Of a stretch of DNA of 64,000 bases, positions 27,966 through 35,747 are shown one piece after another. Positions within the stretch are counted from its first letter, which is position 1; each line of letters begins with the position of its first letter. The notes below the pieces were generated by a model that saw only the letters and a program-made list of their open reading frames with translations, made no database searches and was not told the origin of the DNA. Position numbers and translations under genes: made by a program. Location: contig JAPPGP010000141.1 of NCBI GenBank assembly GCA_028821395.1, positions 17,491-81,490 of the forward strand. Reading direction: 5' to 3'. This DNA is from Defluviicoccus sp. (GTDB lineage: Bacteria > Pseudomonadota > Alphaproteobacteria > MPNO01).

Positions 27966-30307
27966 TGAGCGGAGCCGCGATCGGGCGTTCCGTGGCGCGC
28001 CCCAACGCGCGGCGCGCGGCCTCGGGCCGCGGCCGTCACGTCGCCGATCTCGGATTCAATCGGCTGGTCGATGTCGCCTTCGTCCGCAGCCCCTACGCTC
28101 ATGCCCGGATCGTGTCGATCGACACGGAAGAGGCGGCGGGCCAGCCGGGCGTGGTGGCGGTGCTCACCGGGGCGGAGCTCGCCGAGCGGAGCCGGCCGTG
28201 GCTGGGCACGATGAAGAACGCGCCTTCTCTCCTCTCCGTTCCGCAATACGGCATGGCGGTCGATTGCGCGCGCTGGCAGGGCGAGCCCGTCGCCGCGGTC
28301 GTCGCCGAGGGCCGGGCACGCGCCGAGGACGCGGCGGAGCGCGTCGCCATCGTCTGGGAGGAGCTTGAGGCCGTCGCCGACGTGGAGACCGCGCTCGAAG
28401 AGGGCGCCCCGATCCTGCATCCCTCGCTCGGCACCAACCGGCTGTATGAGCGCGTTGTCGACACCGGAGATGCCGCTTCCGCCTTCGCCGCCGCGGATGT
28501 CGTCGTCGAAGGCGAGTTCCGCTTCGGCCGCCATACCGGCGTGCCGCTGGAGGCGCGCGCGATCGTCGCCGATTACGACCCGGGCGACCGCAGGCTCACC
28601 CTGCACTATGGCGGGCAGGCGCCGCACATGACGCAAATCCTGTTCGCCCGGCATCTCGGGCTCGCGGAACGCGACGTCCGGGTGATCGCCTACGATGTCG
28701 GCGGCGGGTACGGCATCAAGAGCCATCACTACGGCGACGAGTTCACCGCCGCCGCGCTGGCGATGCTGCTCGCCCGCCCGGTGCGGTACTGGGCCGACCG
28801 GCTGGAGTCCTTCGTCTCCGACGTCCATGCGCGGGACCACACGGTCCGGGGCCGGCTCGCGGTGGAGAAGGACGGCCGGATCGCGGCGCTGGAGATCGAC
28901 GACCTGGTCGGCGCCGGCGCCTATTCGTCCTACCCGCGCACCAGCTCGGTCGAGGCCAACCAGGTCCTCAACGTCTCCGGCGGACCCTACGCGATCGCGA
29001 ACTATCGTGGACGCACCCGGGTCGTGTTCCAGAACAAGGTGCCGATCTCGCAATATCGCGGGGTCGGCCATCCGATCGCCATCCTGACGGTCGAGGCCCT
29101 GATCGACCGGGCCGCGACCGCGCTCGGCACCGACCCGGCGGAGCTGCGGCGGCGGAACTTCGTGCCCGACGATGCGTACCCCGTTCGCGCGCCGTCCGGC
29201 GTCGGGCTCGACGACCTGTCGCACCAGGCGTGCTTCGAAGAGCTGCTGAGGCTGATGGATTACGACACGCTCCGCGCCGACCGGGACGAGAAGCGCAGCC
29301 AGGGCGTGCTCTGCGGCATCGGGCTCGCCTCGTTCATCAAGGGCACCAACCCGGGGCCGCAGATCTACGGACCCGCGGGCGTGCCCATCTCGGCGCAGGA
29401 CGGGTGCACCGTGCGCCTCGAGCCGTCCGGCGCGGTGACCTGCCTCGCCGGCGTCACCGAGCAGGGGCAGGGCACCGAGACCATCCTCGCCCAGGTGGTC
29501 GCCCAGTCGGTCGGCGTGCCCTTCGAGGCGGTCACCGTGATCACCGGCGACACCGATGCGGTGCCCTATGGCGGCGGCACCTACGGCTCGCGCGGCGGCG
29601 GGATCGGCGGCGAGTCGGCGCGGCGCGCGGGCGAGGCGCTGCGCGACGAGATCCTCGACCTCGCGGGCGCGCTGCTCCAGGCCGAGCCCGGATCGCTCGC
29701 CCTGCGCGACGGCGCCGTGGTCGAGCGCGCCGGCGGCACCCGGCGCATGACCCTCGCCGAGCTGGGAGATCTCGCCTTCTTCCGCTGCGGCGAGTTGCCC
29801 GACGGGGTTTATCCGTCGCTCACCCAGACCCGCCGCTTCCGGGTGCCGGAATACGTGTTCACCAACGGTGCCCACGGCGCCCAAATCGAGGTCGATCCCG
29901 AGACCGGGGAGGTCCGCATTCTCGGCTACTGGGCGGTCGAGGACGGCGGGCGGCTGATCAACCCCCTGCTCGCGGAAGAGCAGCTGCGCGGCGCCATCGT
30001 CCAGGGGCTCGGCGACGCGCTCTACGAGCACAGCCTGTACGACCGCGACGGCCAGCTTCTCAACGGCACCATGGTCGACTACCTGGTGCCGATGGCGGCC
30101 GAGATGCCCGATATCGTGCTCGCCCATGTCGAGACCCCGACATCGGTCTCCGGCCTCGGCGCCAAGGGGGTGGGCGAGTCCGGCACCGCCGCCGCGCCCG
30201 GCACGGTGTTCAACGCGGTTAACGACGCGCTGGCGCCGCTCGGCGCCGCCGTGGAGGCGATTCCGATCACCCCCGAATCGGTCCTCGCCGCGCTCGGCCG
30301 CGCCTGA
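27962..30307 (+). CDS. xanthine dehydrogenase family molybdopterin-binding large subunit (paralog B of a tandem pair)
   Basis: 781 aa. The start (GTG 27962 or ATG 27965) overlaps the stop of paralog A. SQYRGVGHP loop, C-terminal GLGAKGVGESGTA. Confidence 0.9.
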   Translation: MMSGAAIGRSVARPNARRAASGRGRHVADLGFNRLVDVAFVRSPYAHARIVSIDTEEAAGQPGVVAVLTGAELAERSRPWLGTMKNAPSLLSVPQYGMAVDCARWQGEPVAAVVAEGRARAEDAAERVAIVWEELEAVADVETALEEGAPILHPSLGTNRLYERVVDTGDAASAFAAADVVVEGEFRFGRHTGVPLEARAIVADYDPGDRRLTLHYGGQAPHMTQILFARHLGLAERDVRVIAYDVGGGYGIKSHHYGDEFTAAALAMLLARPVRYWADRLESFVSDVHARDHTVRGRLAVEKDGRIAALEIDDLVGAGAYSSYPRTSSVEANQVLNVSGGPYAIANYRGRTRVVFQNKVPISQYRGVGHPIAILTVEALIDRAATALGTDPAELRRRNFVPDDAYPVRAPSGVGLDDLSHQACFEELLRLMDYDTLRADRDEKRSQGVLCGIGLASFIKGTNPGPQIYGPAGVPISAQDGCTVRLEPSGAVTCLAGVTEQGQGTETILAQVVAQSVGVPFEAVTVITGDTDAVPYGGGTYGSRGGGIGGESARRAGEALRDEILDLAGALLQAEPGSLALRDGAVVERAGGTRRMTLAELGDLAFFRCGELPDGVYPSLTQTRRFRVPEYVFTNGAHGAQIEVDPETGEVRILGYWAVEDGGRLINPLLAEEQLRGAIVQGLGDALYEHSLYDRDGQLLNGTMVDYLVPMAAEMPDIVLAHVETPTSVSGLGAKGVGESGTAAAPGTVFNAVNDALAPLGAAVEAIPITPESVLAALGRA

Positions 30308-31866
30308 TGGCGGATCCGCGCTACGGCAATCTCGGCTATTTCAACCGCGAAGCGGCGGCCGTCCATCGCGACCGGACGGCGATCGTCGATCTGTCGCGCA
30401 TGCCGGCAAGGGAAATCGCGCATGGCGAGCTGGATGCGCGGATGGACCGCGTCGCCGCCGCGCTTTGCGCGCGCGGTCTCGCGCCGGGCGACCGCGTGCT
30501 GCTCGCCATGGCCAACCGGTCCGAGTTCGTCGAGGCGTTCTTCGGGGCGATGCGGGCGGGGCTGGTGCCGGTGCCGCTCAATGTCAGGCTGGGCGCGGAT
30601 ACCGTCCGCTTCGTGGTGGAAGACGCCGGCTGCAAGGCGGCCATCGTCTCCCCCGGCGCGCATGCCGAGATCGAGGCGATCTGCGCCGCCGCCGGGCTCG
30701 CGCCGCGAATCGCGACCGCGCCTGCCCCGGCCGGGTGGGAGGCGTACGAATCCGTGCTCGCCGAGGCGGAGGGGCGCGGCTTCGCCCCGCCGCCTATCGC
30801 CCCCCGGCAGGTCGCTTTCCTGCCCTACACCTCGGGCTCCACCGGCCGCCCCAAGGGCGTGCTGCTCTCCCATGACGGCATGCTCTGGGGGATCCGCTCG
30901 TCGCAGCGCCACTGGCCCGCCGCGCCCGACGACCGGGCGCTGATCGCCGGCCCGCTCTACCACAAGAACGCGATGCGGGTGTCGGTGAAGCCCAAGCTCC
31001 ATGCCGGGGCTTCGGTGGTCATCCTGCCGCGCTTCGAGCCGCGGGATTTCCTCCTTGCGCTCAGCGCGTATCGCTGCACCGAGGCCGGCGGCGTGCCCGC
31101 CATGTACCGCATGATGCTGGCCGAACGGGAGCTGATCGAAAGCCTCGATTTCTCCGCGCTCGCGGTGCTGGAGATGGGCTCGGCGGTGGTCGGGGCCGAG
31201 CTGATCGCCGCCGTGGAGCGGGCCTTCGGGGCGACGGTGATCGAAGCCTATGGTCTGACCGAAGGCGGCGGGCCGCTGCGCGAGGCGGCCGACGGAAGGC
31301 CCGCGCCGCGCGGTAGCTGCGGGCGGGCGGCGCCGGAGGTCGGGATCCGGCTGGTGGACGAGAGCGGCGCGGCGGGGGAGGAGGGCGAGCTCTGGGTGCG
31401 CTCGCCCGCGGTGCTCGTCGGCTACAACAACCGGCCCGATCTCGACGCCGCGCGCATCCGCGACGGCTGGCTCCGCACCGGAGACCTGTTCCGCCGCGAT
31501 GCCGGGGGTTTCTTCTACTTCCAGGGCCGGACCGACGACCAGTTCTCCTGCGGCGGCGAGAACATCAACCCCAAGGAGGTCGAGCTCCTGCTGGTGCAGC
31601 ACCCGGCGGTGATCGACGCCGCGGTCGCGCCGGTGCCGCACGCGCTCAAGGATCTGGCGCCGGCGGCGCTGGTCACGCTGCGCCCCGGCCGGGACGCGGA
31701 CGAGGCGGCGCTCAAGGCGTTCGCGTTGGAACGCGGCCCGGCCTACGCCCATCCGCGGCGCATCTTCGCGGTCGATGCGCTGCCGGTCGGCGGCACCGGC
31801 AAGATCGACCGCCGGGCGGTGCGCGAGCGCCTGCTCGCCCTGATCGCCGGAAACAGGGCGCCATGA
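30307..31866 (+). CDS. AMP-dependent synthetase/ligase (acyl- or aryl-CoA ligase)
   Basis: 519 aa. AMP-binding motif LPYTSGSTGRPKGV, YGLTEGG, C-terminal GKIDRR. The ATG overlaps the upstream stop by 1 nt. Confidence 0.9.
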   Translation: MADPRYGNLGYFNREAAAVHRDRTAIVDLSRMPAREIAHGELDARMDRVAAALCARGLAPGDRVLLAMANRSEFVEAFFGAMRAGLVPVPLNVRLGADTVRFVVEDAGCKAAIVSPGAHAEIEAICAAAGLAPRIATAPAPAGWEAYESVLAEAEGRGFAPPPIAPRQVAFLPYTSGSTGRPKGVLLSHDGMLWGIRSSQRHWPAAPDDRALIAGPLYHKNAMRVSVKPKLHAGASVVILPRFEPRDFLLALSAYRCTEAGGVPAMYRMMLAERELIESLDFSALAVLEMGSAVVGAELIAAVERAFGATVIEAYGLTEGGGPLREAADGRPAPRGSCGRAAPEVGIRLVDESGAAGEEGELWVRSPAVLVGYNNRPDLDAARIRDGWLRTGDLFRRDAGGFFYFQGRTDDQFSCGGENINPKEVELLLVQHPAVIDAAVAPVPHALKDLAPAALVTLRPGRDADEAALKAFALERGPAYAHPRRIFAVDALPVGGTGKIDRRAVRERLLALIAGNRAP

Positions 31867-32840
31867 CGGTTTTGGTCACCGGCGCGGCGGGGTTCATCGG
31901 CTACCACGTGAGCGCCTTCCTGCTCGAGCGCGGGGAGACCGTGGTCGGTCTGGACGCGGTCACCGACTACTACGACGTCGGGCTCAAGGAAGCCCGCATC
32001 GCCCGGCTCGAGCGCCACGGTCGGTTCAGACTGCTCAGATGCGATCTTGCGGACCGGGACGCCGCCTTCGCCGCGCTCGGCGCGGTGGCGGACATCGACC
32101 GGGCGGTGCATCTCGCCGCGCAGGCCGGCGTGCGCCATTCGCGCGAACGCCCGTTCGCGTATGTCGAGTCGAACCTCGTCGGCCACGTGACGGTGCTCGA
32201 ATTCTGCCGCCATCTGCCGGGGCTCAGGCATCTCGTCTATGCCAGCTCGAGCTCGGTCTATGGCGGCAATACCAAGCTGCCGTTCGCGGTCGGGGACCGG
32301 ACCGATTCGCCGGTCTCGCTCTACGCCGCGACCAAGCGGGCGAACGAGCATATGAGCCACTGCTACAGCCATCTCTACGGCATGCCGCAGACCGGACTGC
32401 GCTTGTTCACCGTCTACGGGCCGTGGGGCCGCCCCGACATGGCGCTCTACAAGTTCACCCGGGCGATCCTCGAAGGCCGTCCCATCGAGGCGTTCAACGA
32501 CGGCGACATGAAGCGCGACTTCACCTATGTCGACGACATCGTCCGGGGCGTCGTCGCCGCGCTCGACAACCCGCCGGATGCGGCGACGGGCGTGCCGCAC
32601 CGGCTCTACAATCTCGGCAACGACCGCCCCGAGCCCCTGATGCGCCTGATCGCGGTGCTGGAGGAGAGCCTCGGACGCGGGGCGGAGGTCGAGTTCCGCC
32701 CCCTGCAGCCCGGCGACGTCGAGGAGACCTGGGCCGACATCTCGGCGACCCGCCGCGATCTCGGCTTCGCGCCCGGCACGCCGATCGAGGTCGGGGTTCC
32801 ACGCTTCGTCGAGTGGTACAGGCGCTACCACGGCGTCTGA
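31863..32840 (+). CDS. NAD-dependent epimerase/dehydratase (UDP-glucuronate 4-epimerase-like extended SDR)
   Basis: 325 aa. VTGAAGFIGYHV Rossmann motif, catalytic YAATKRANE (YxxxK). ATGA overlap with the ligase gene. Confidence 0.9.
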   Translation: MTVLVTGAAGFIGYHVSAFLLERGETVVGLDAVTDYYDVGLKEARIARLERHGRFRLLRCDLADRDAAFAALGAVADIDRAVHLAAQAGVRHSRERPFAYVESNLVGHVTVLEFCRHLPGLRHLVYASSSSVYGGNTKLPFAVGDRTDSPVSLYAATKRANEHMSHCYSHLYGMPQTGLRLFTVYGPWGRPDMALYKFTRAILEGRPIEAFNDGDMKRDFTYVDDIVRGVVAALDNPPDAATGVPHRLYNLGNDRPEPLMRLIAVLEESLGRGAEVEFRPLQPGDVEETWADISATRRDLGFAPGTPIEVGVPRFVEWYRRYHGV

Positions 32841-32856
32841 GCGCCCGGCGGGCGGC

Positions 32857-32933
32857 TGGCGCGCCCGGCAGGATTCGAACCTGCGACCCCGGGATTAGGA
32901 ATCCCGTGCTCTATCCTGCTGAGCTACGGGCGC
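32857..32933 (-). tRNA. tRNA-Arg (anticodon CCT)
   Basis: The reverse complement GCGCCCGTAGCTCAGCAGGATAGAGCACGGGATTCCTAATCCCGGGGTCGCAGGTTCGAATCCTGCCGGGCGCGCCA folds as a cloverleaf. Anticodon stem CGGGA/TCCCG with loop TTCCTAA. Encoded CCA. Confidence 0.95.
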
Positions 32934-32969
32934 GTCGGGCGAGCTATAGCAGAACCCCGGCCCCGCCAT

Positions 32970-35066
32970 CTACTGATGGTGGTGCAGCACCTCCGAGTAG
33001 GTCGGGAACGGCCACGCGCGGCCGTCCACCAGGAGCTCCAGCTTGTCCGCCACGTCGCGCGCCGATTGCATGCACGGCTTCAGGGCCTCGTGCGCGTATG
33101 ACGCCGCCTCTCCGGGATCGTCGTGCGGGAAGGCGTCGTACGCATCGGCGAGCTTTTCGGTCTCCGAAAGCAGCTCTTCGACGAGCCCGCGCTTCCTGTC
33201 GAACATCGGCGACTGGAACCCGGAGTCGCGGTCGGCGCGGGTGTCCTCGATGGCGACCGGAAGCACCTGGGTCCTGAGGATGCGCAAGAGCGCGCGCGCC
33301 TCGATGTGGAGCTCGGTGGCGTAAGCCTCCTGCAGCACGCTCTGGCGCGCGGCCAGCTCGTGCTCGTTGAGGATGCCGAGCTCGCCCATCAGCTTGACGT
33401 TCTTCTCCGCCGTCAGGGCCTGGTAGGCTTCCGGGCTGCTCCTGAGGTGGATCAGGGCGTGCTTCTCGGCGTGCTCGTAGAGCGCGTCGGAGTAGCCGTC
33501 CCCGCTGAACAGGGCGCCCTGGTTCTCCTGGATGGTCTCGCGAATCACCTGATCGACGGGCTTGCCGGCGTCGACGTCGTCGCACATGTGCTTCAGGCTG
33601 TCGGCGAGCGCCGCGTTCACCATGGTCAGCGGGAACGCGATGTGCTGGTTGCCGCCGACGGCGCGGAACTCGAAGCGGTTGCCGCACCACGGGAACGGCG
33701 CGGTGCGGTTGCGGTCCTCCAGGTTGGCCCGCACGTCGGCGACCGGGGCCACGATCTCGATCTCCTTGCGCTCGTTTCCGTAGCCCGCGAAGTCGCCGCC
33801 CTCGGCGACCGCCTTCACATGGGCTTCCAGGCGCTCGCCCAGATGCAGCGTGATGATCGCGGGCGGCGCCTCCTGGGCGCCCAGCCGGTGGTCGTTGCCG
33901 GCGGTCGACACGCCGCAGCGCAGCAGGTCGCCGTGCCGGTTGACCCCGCGCAGCAGCGCCGCGACGAAGGCGATGAAACGCCGGTTCTCTTCCGCCGTGT
34001 CCCCCGGCACGAACAGGTTGGCGCCGGTGTCGGTATTGAGCCCCCAGTTGTTGTGCTTGCCGGTGCCGTTGATCCCGGCGAAGGGCTTCTCGTGGAACAG
34101 GATGGTGAATTCGTGGTCGAAGGCGAGGTCGCGAAGCACGTCCATGGCGAGCACGTTGGTGTCCGCCGCCAGGTTCGCGAGGCCGAAGACCGGCGAAATC
34201 TCGTGCTGTGCGGGGGCGACCTCGTTGTGCGTGCAATGGATCGAGATTCCGAGCTCCCACATCTTGTCGCGCGCCTCCGCCATGTAGCGGTTCACCCGGG
34301 GCGACAGCTTGGAGAAATAGTTGCCGTCCATCTCCTGTCCGCGCAGCGGCGCCGCACCCAGCAGCGTGCGCCCGGCGGCCACCAGGTCGGGCCGCGCCAG
34401 GTACTTCTCCCGGTCGATCAGAAAGAATTCCTGCTCCCATCCCACATTGCACACCACCTCCCTGGTCGAGCTGTCGCCGAGCAGCGAGAGCAGCCGCACG
34501 CTCTGCTCGTTGACCGCCATGTCGGCCCGCAGAAGCGGGGTCTTCTGGTCGAGGGCCTCGCCGTTCCAGGTGACGAAGGCGGACGGGATGTAGAGCGTCT
34601 GCCGGTAGACGAAAGGCGGCGATCCGGTGTCCCAGCCGATATAGGCCGCCGCCCGATGGGTCTCGCGCAGCCCGCCATTGGGGAAGGAGGAGCCGTCGGT
34701 CTCGGTCTGGAACAGCTCCGAGCCCGTCAGGTTGATGATCAGGCGATCGGTGGCGAAGTCCACCCCGACGAAGGTCTCCAGCTTCTCGCCATGGATCGCG
34801 CCCCGCATCGGCGAGAACCAGTGCGAATAGCCGATGCAGCCCTTCGACTGGGCCCACTCCCGTATCGACTTGGCCAGCGCGTTGGCGAAATCCCGATCCA
34901 TCGGGACCCCCGTCGCGCGGCACTGGGCGAGTGCGTAATAGACGTCCGGATCGACCAGCTTCTTCAGGATCGCGTCGTCCAGCACATTGCTGTTGATCAT
35001 CGCCAAGGCCGGCGGGAGGGCTACCTCCTGGGTCGGAGCCTCGTGCGTGGAGTGCGTGATTGCCAT
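32970..35066 (-). CDS. glnT: type III glutamine synthetase (GSIII)
   Basis: 698 aa, a size typical of GSIII. N-terminal ...YYALAQCRATGVPMD...SHWFSPMRG and a catalytic region (EQEFFLID, NEVAPAQHEISPVF, HEKPFAGINGTGKHNNW) match GS signatures in the GSIII arrangement. Confidence 0.85.
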   Translation of the reverse strand: MAITHSTHEAPTQEVALPPALAMINSNVLDDAILKKLVDPDVYYALAQCRATGVPMDRDFANALAKSIREWAQSKGCIGYSHWFSPMRGAIHGEKLETFVGVDFATDRLIINLTGSELFQTETDGSSFPNGGLRETHRAAAYIGWDTGSPPFVYRQTLYIPSAFVTWNGEALDQKTPLLRADMAVNEQSVRLLSLLGDSSTREVVCNVGWEQEFFLIDREKYLARPDLVAAGRTLLGAAPLRGQEMDGNYFSKLSPRVNRYMAEARDKMWELGISIHCTHNEVAPAQHEISPVFGLANLAADTNVLAMDVLRDLAFDHEFTILFHEKPFAGINGTGKHNNWGLNTDTGANLFVPGDTAEENRRFIAFVAALLRGVNRHGDLLRCGVSTAGNDHRLGAQEAPPAIITLHLGERLEAHVKAVAEGGDFAGYGNERKEIEIVAPVADVRANLEDRNRTAPFPWCGNRFEFRAVGGNQHIAFPLTMVNAALADSLKHMCDDVDAGKPVDQVIRETIQENQGALFSGDGYSDALYEHAEKHALIHLRSSPEAYQALTAEKNVKLMGELGILNEHELAARQSVLQEAYATELHIEARALLRILRTQVLPVAIEDTRADRDSGFQSPMFDRKRGLVEELLSETEKLADAYDAFPHDDPGEAASYAHEALKPCMQSARDVADKLELLVDGRAWPFPTYSEVLHHHQ

Positions 35067-35313
35067 GACGGTCCTTCCGCGAGAGCCATTTCCGGGAAGG
35101 GAAAGCTAATGCATGCGCGCGAGGTTCACCAAGAAAAACCGCGACCCGCAGCGGCGAAAGCAAGATTGCAATTCATTTGACCTGTTCGGCGAAAATGGAA
35201 AACTATTGAGCACAAGTGCGGCTCGGGATTCCGGCGCGAACGTCGTTGCGCAGGCACGAAACAGGCCACCACAACCGTGGGCCGCCTTTCTGGGAAGGTC
35301 TATAGAACACGCC

Positions 35314-35739
35314 GTGCTCCATCTATCGCTGAACAATGACTTGCGAGAACTTGCCGTCGCCGCGGAGAGAGTCGACGCGTTCTGCGCCGAACACGGCGTG
35401 TCGCCGGATATCGCATTCGCCGTCAACGTGTCGGTCGACGAGCTGCTGACCAACACCATCAGCTACGGTTTCGACGACGGCGATTCGCACCGGATCGAAA
35501 TGACCGTCCGCTTGCAGGACGGCGTGCTGGTGGTCGAGCTGGTGGATGACGCCACGCCCTACGATCCGACCCGGGCGCCGCATCCCGACATCGACGCATC
35601 GATCGAGGACCGCCCGATAGGCGGGCTCGGCGTCCACTTCGTTCGCGCGCTGATGGACGGGTTTCGCTATCGGCGCAGCGACGGGCGCAATATCGTGACC
35701 CTGACCAAGCGAGCGGAAGTCCGCCCGGCGGAGGGCTAG
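35314..35739 (+). CDS. RsbW/SpoIIAB-like anti-sigma-type serine protein kinase (HATPase_c_2)
   Basis: 141 aa from an in-frame GTG at 35314 (the track ORF opens at 35113). N-box VDELLTNTISYG, G1 DDATPYD, G2 GGLGVHFVRALMD. Convergent with the PP2C fusion gene. Confidence 0.75.
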   Translation: MLHLSLNNDLRELAVAAERVDAFCAEHGVSPDIAFAVNVSVDELLTNTISYGFDDGDSHRIEMTVRLQDGVLVVELVDDATPYDPTRAPHPDIDASIEDRPIGGLGVHFVRALMDGFRYRRSDGRNIVTLTKRAEVRPAEG

Positions 35740-35747
35740 CCCGGCGT

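Noticed and set aside
35067-35313. Sigma-54 (TGGCAC-N5-TTGCA) or NtrC (TGCACC-N5-GGTGCA) sites upstream of the GSIII gene.
   Set aside because: The closest candidate on the GSIII strand (AGGTCAAATGAATTGCA) has GG-to-GC spacing one nt too long. GCACAAGTGC is a short palindrome but does not match the NtrC consensus. Not supported.
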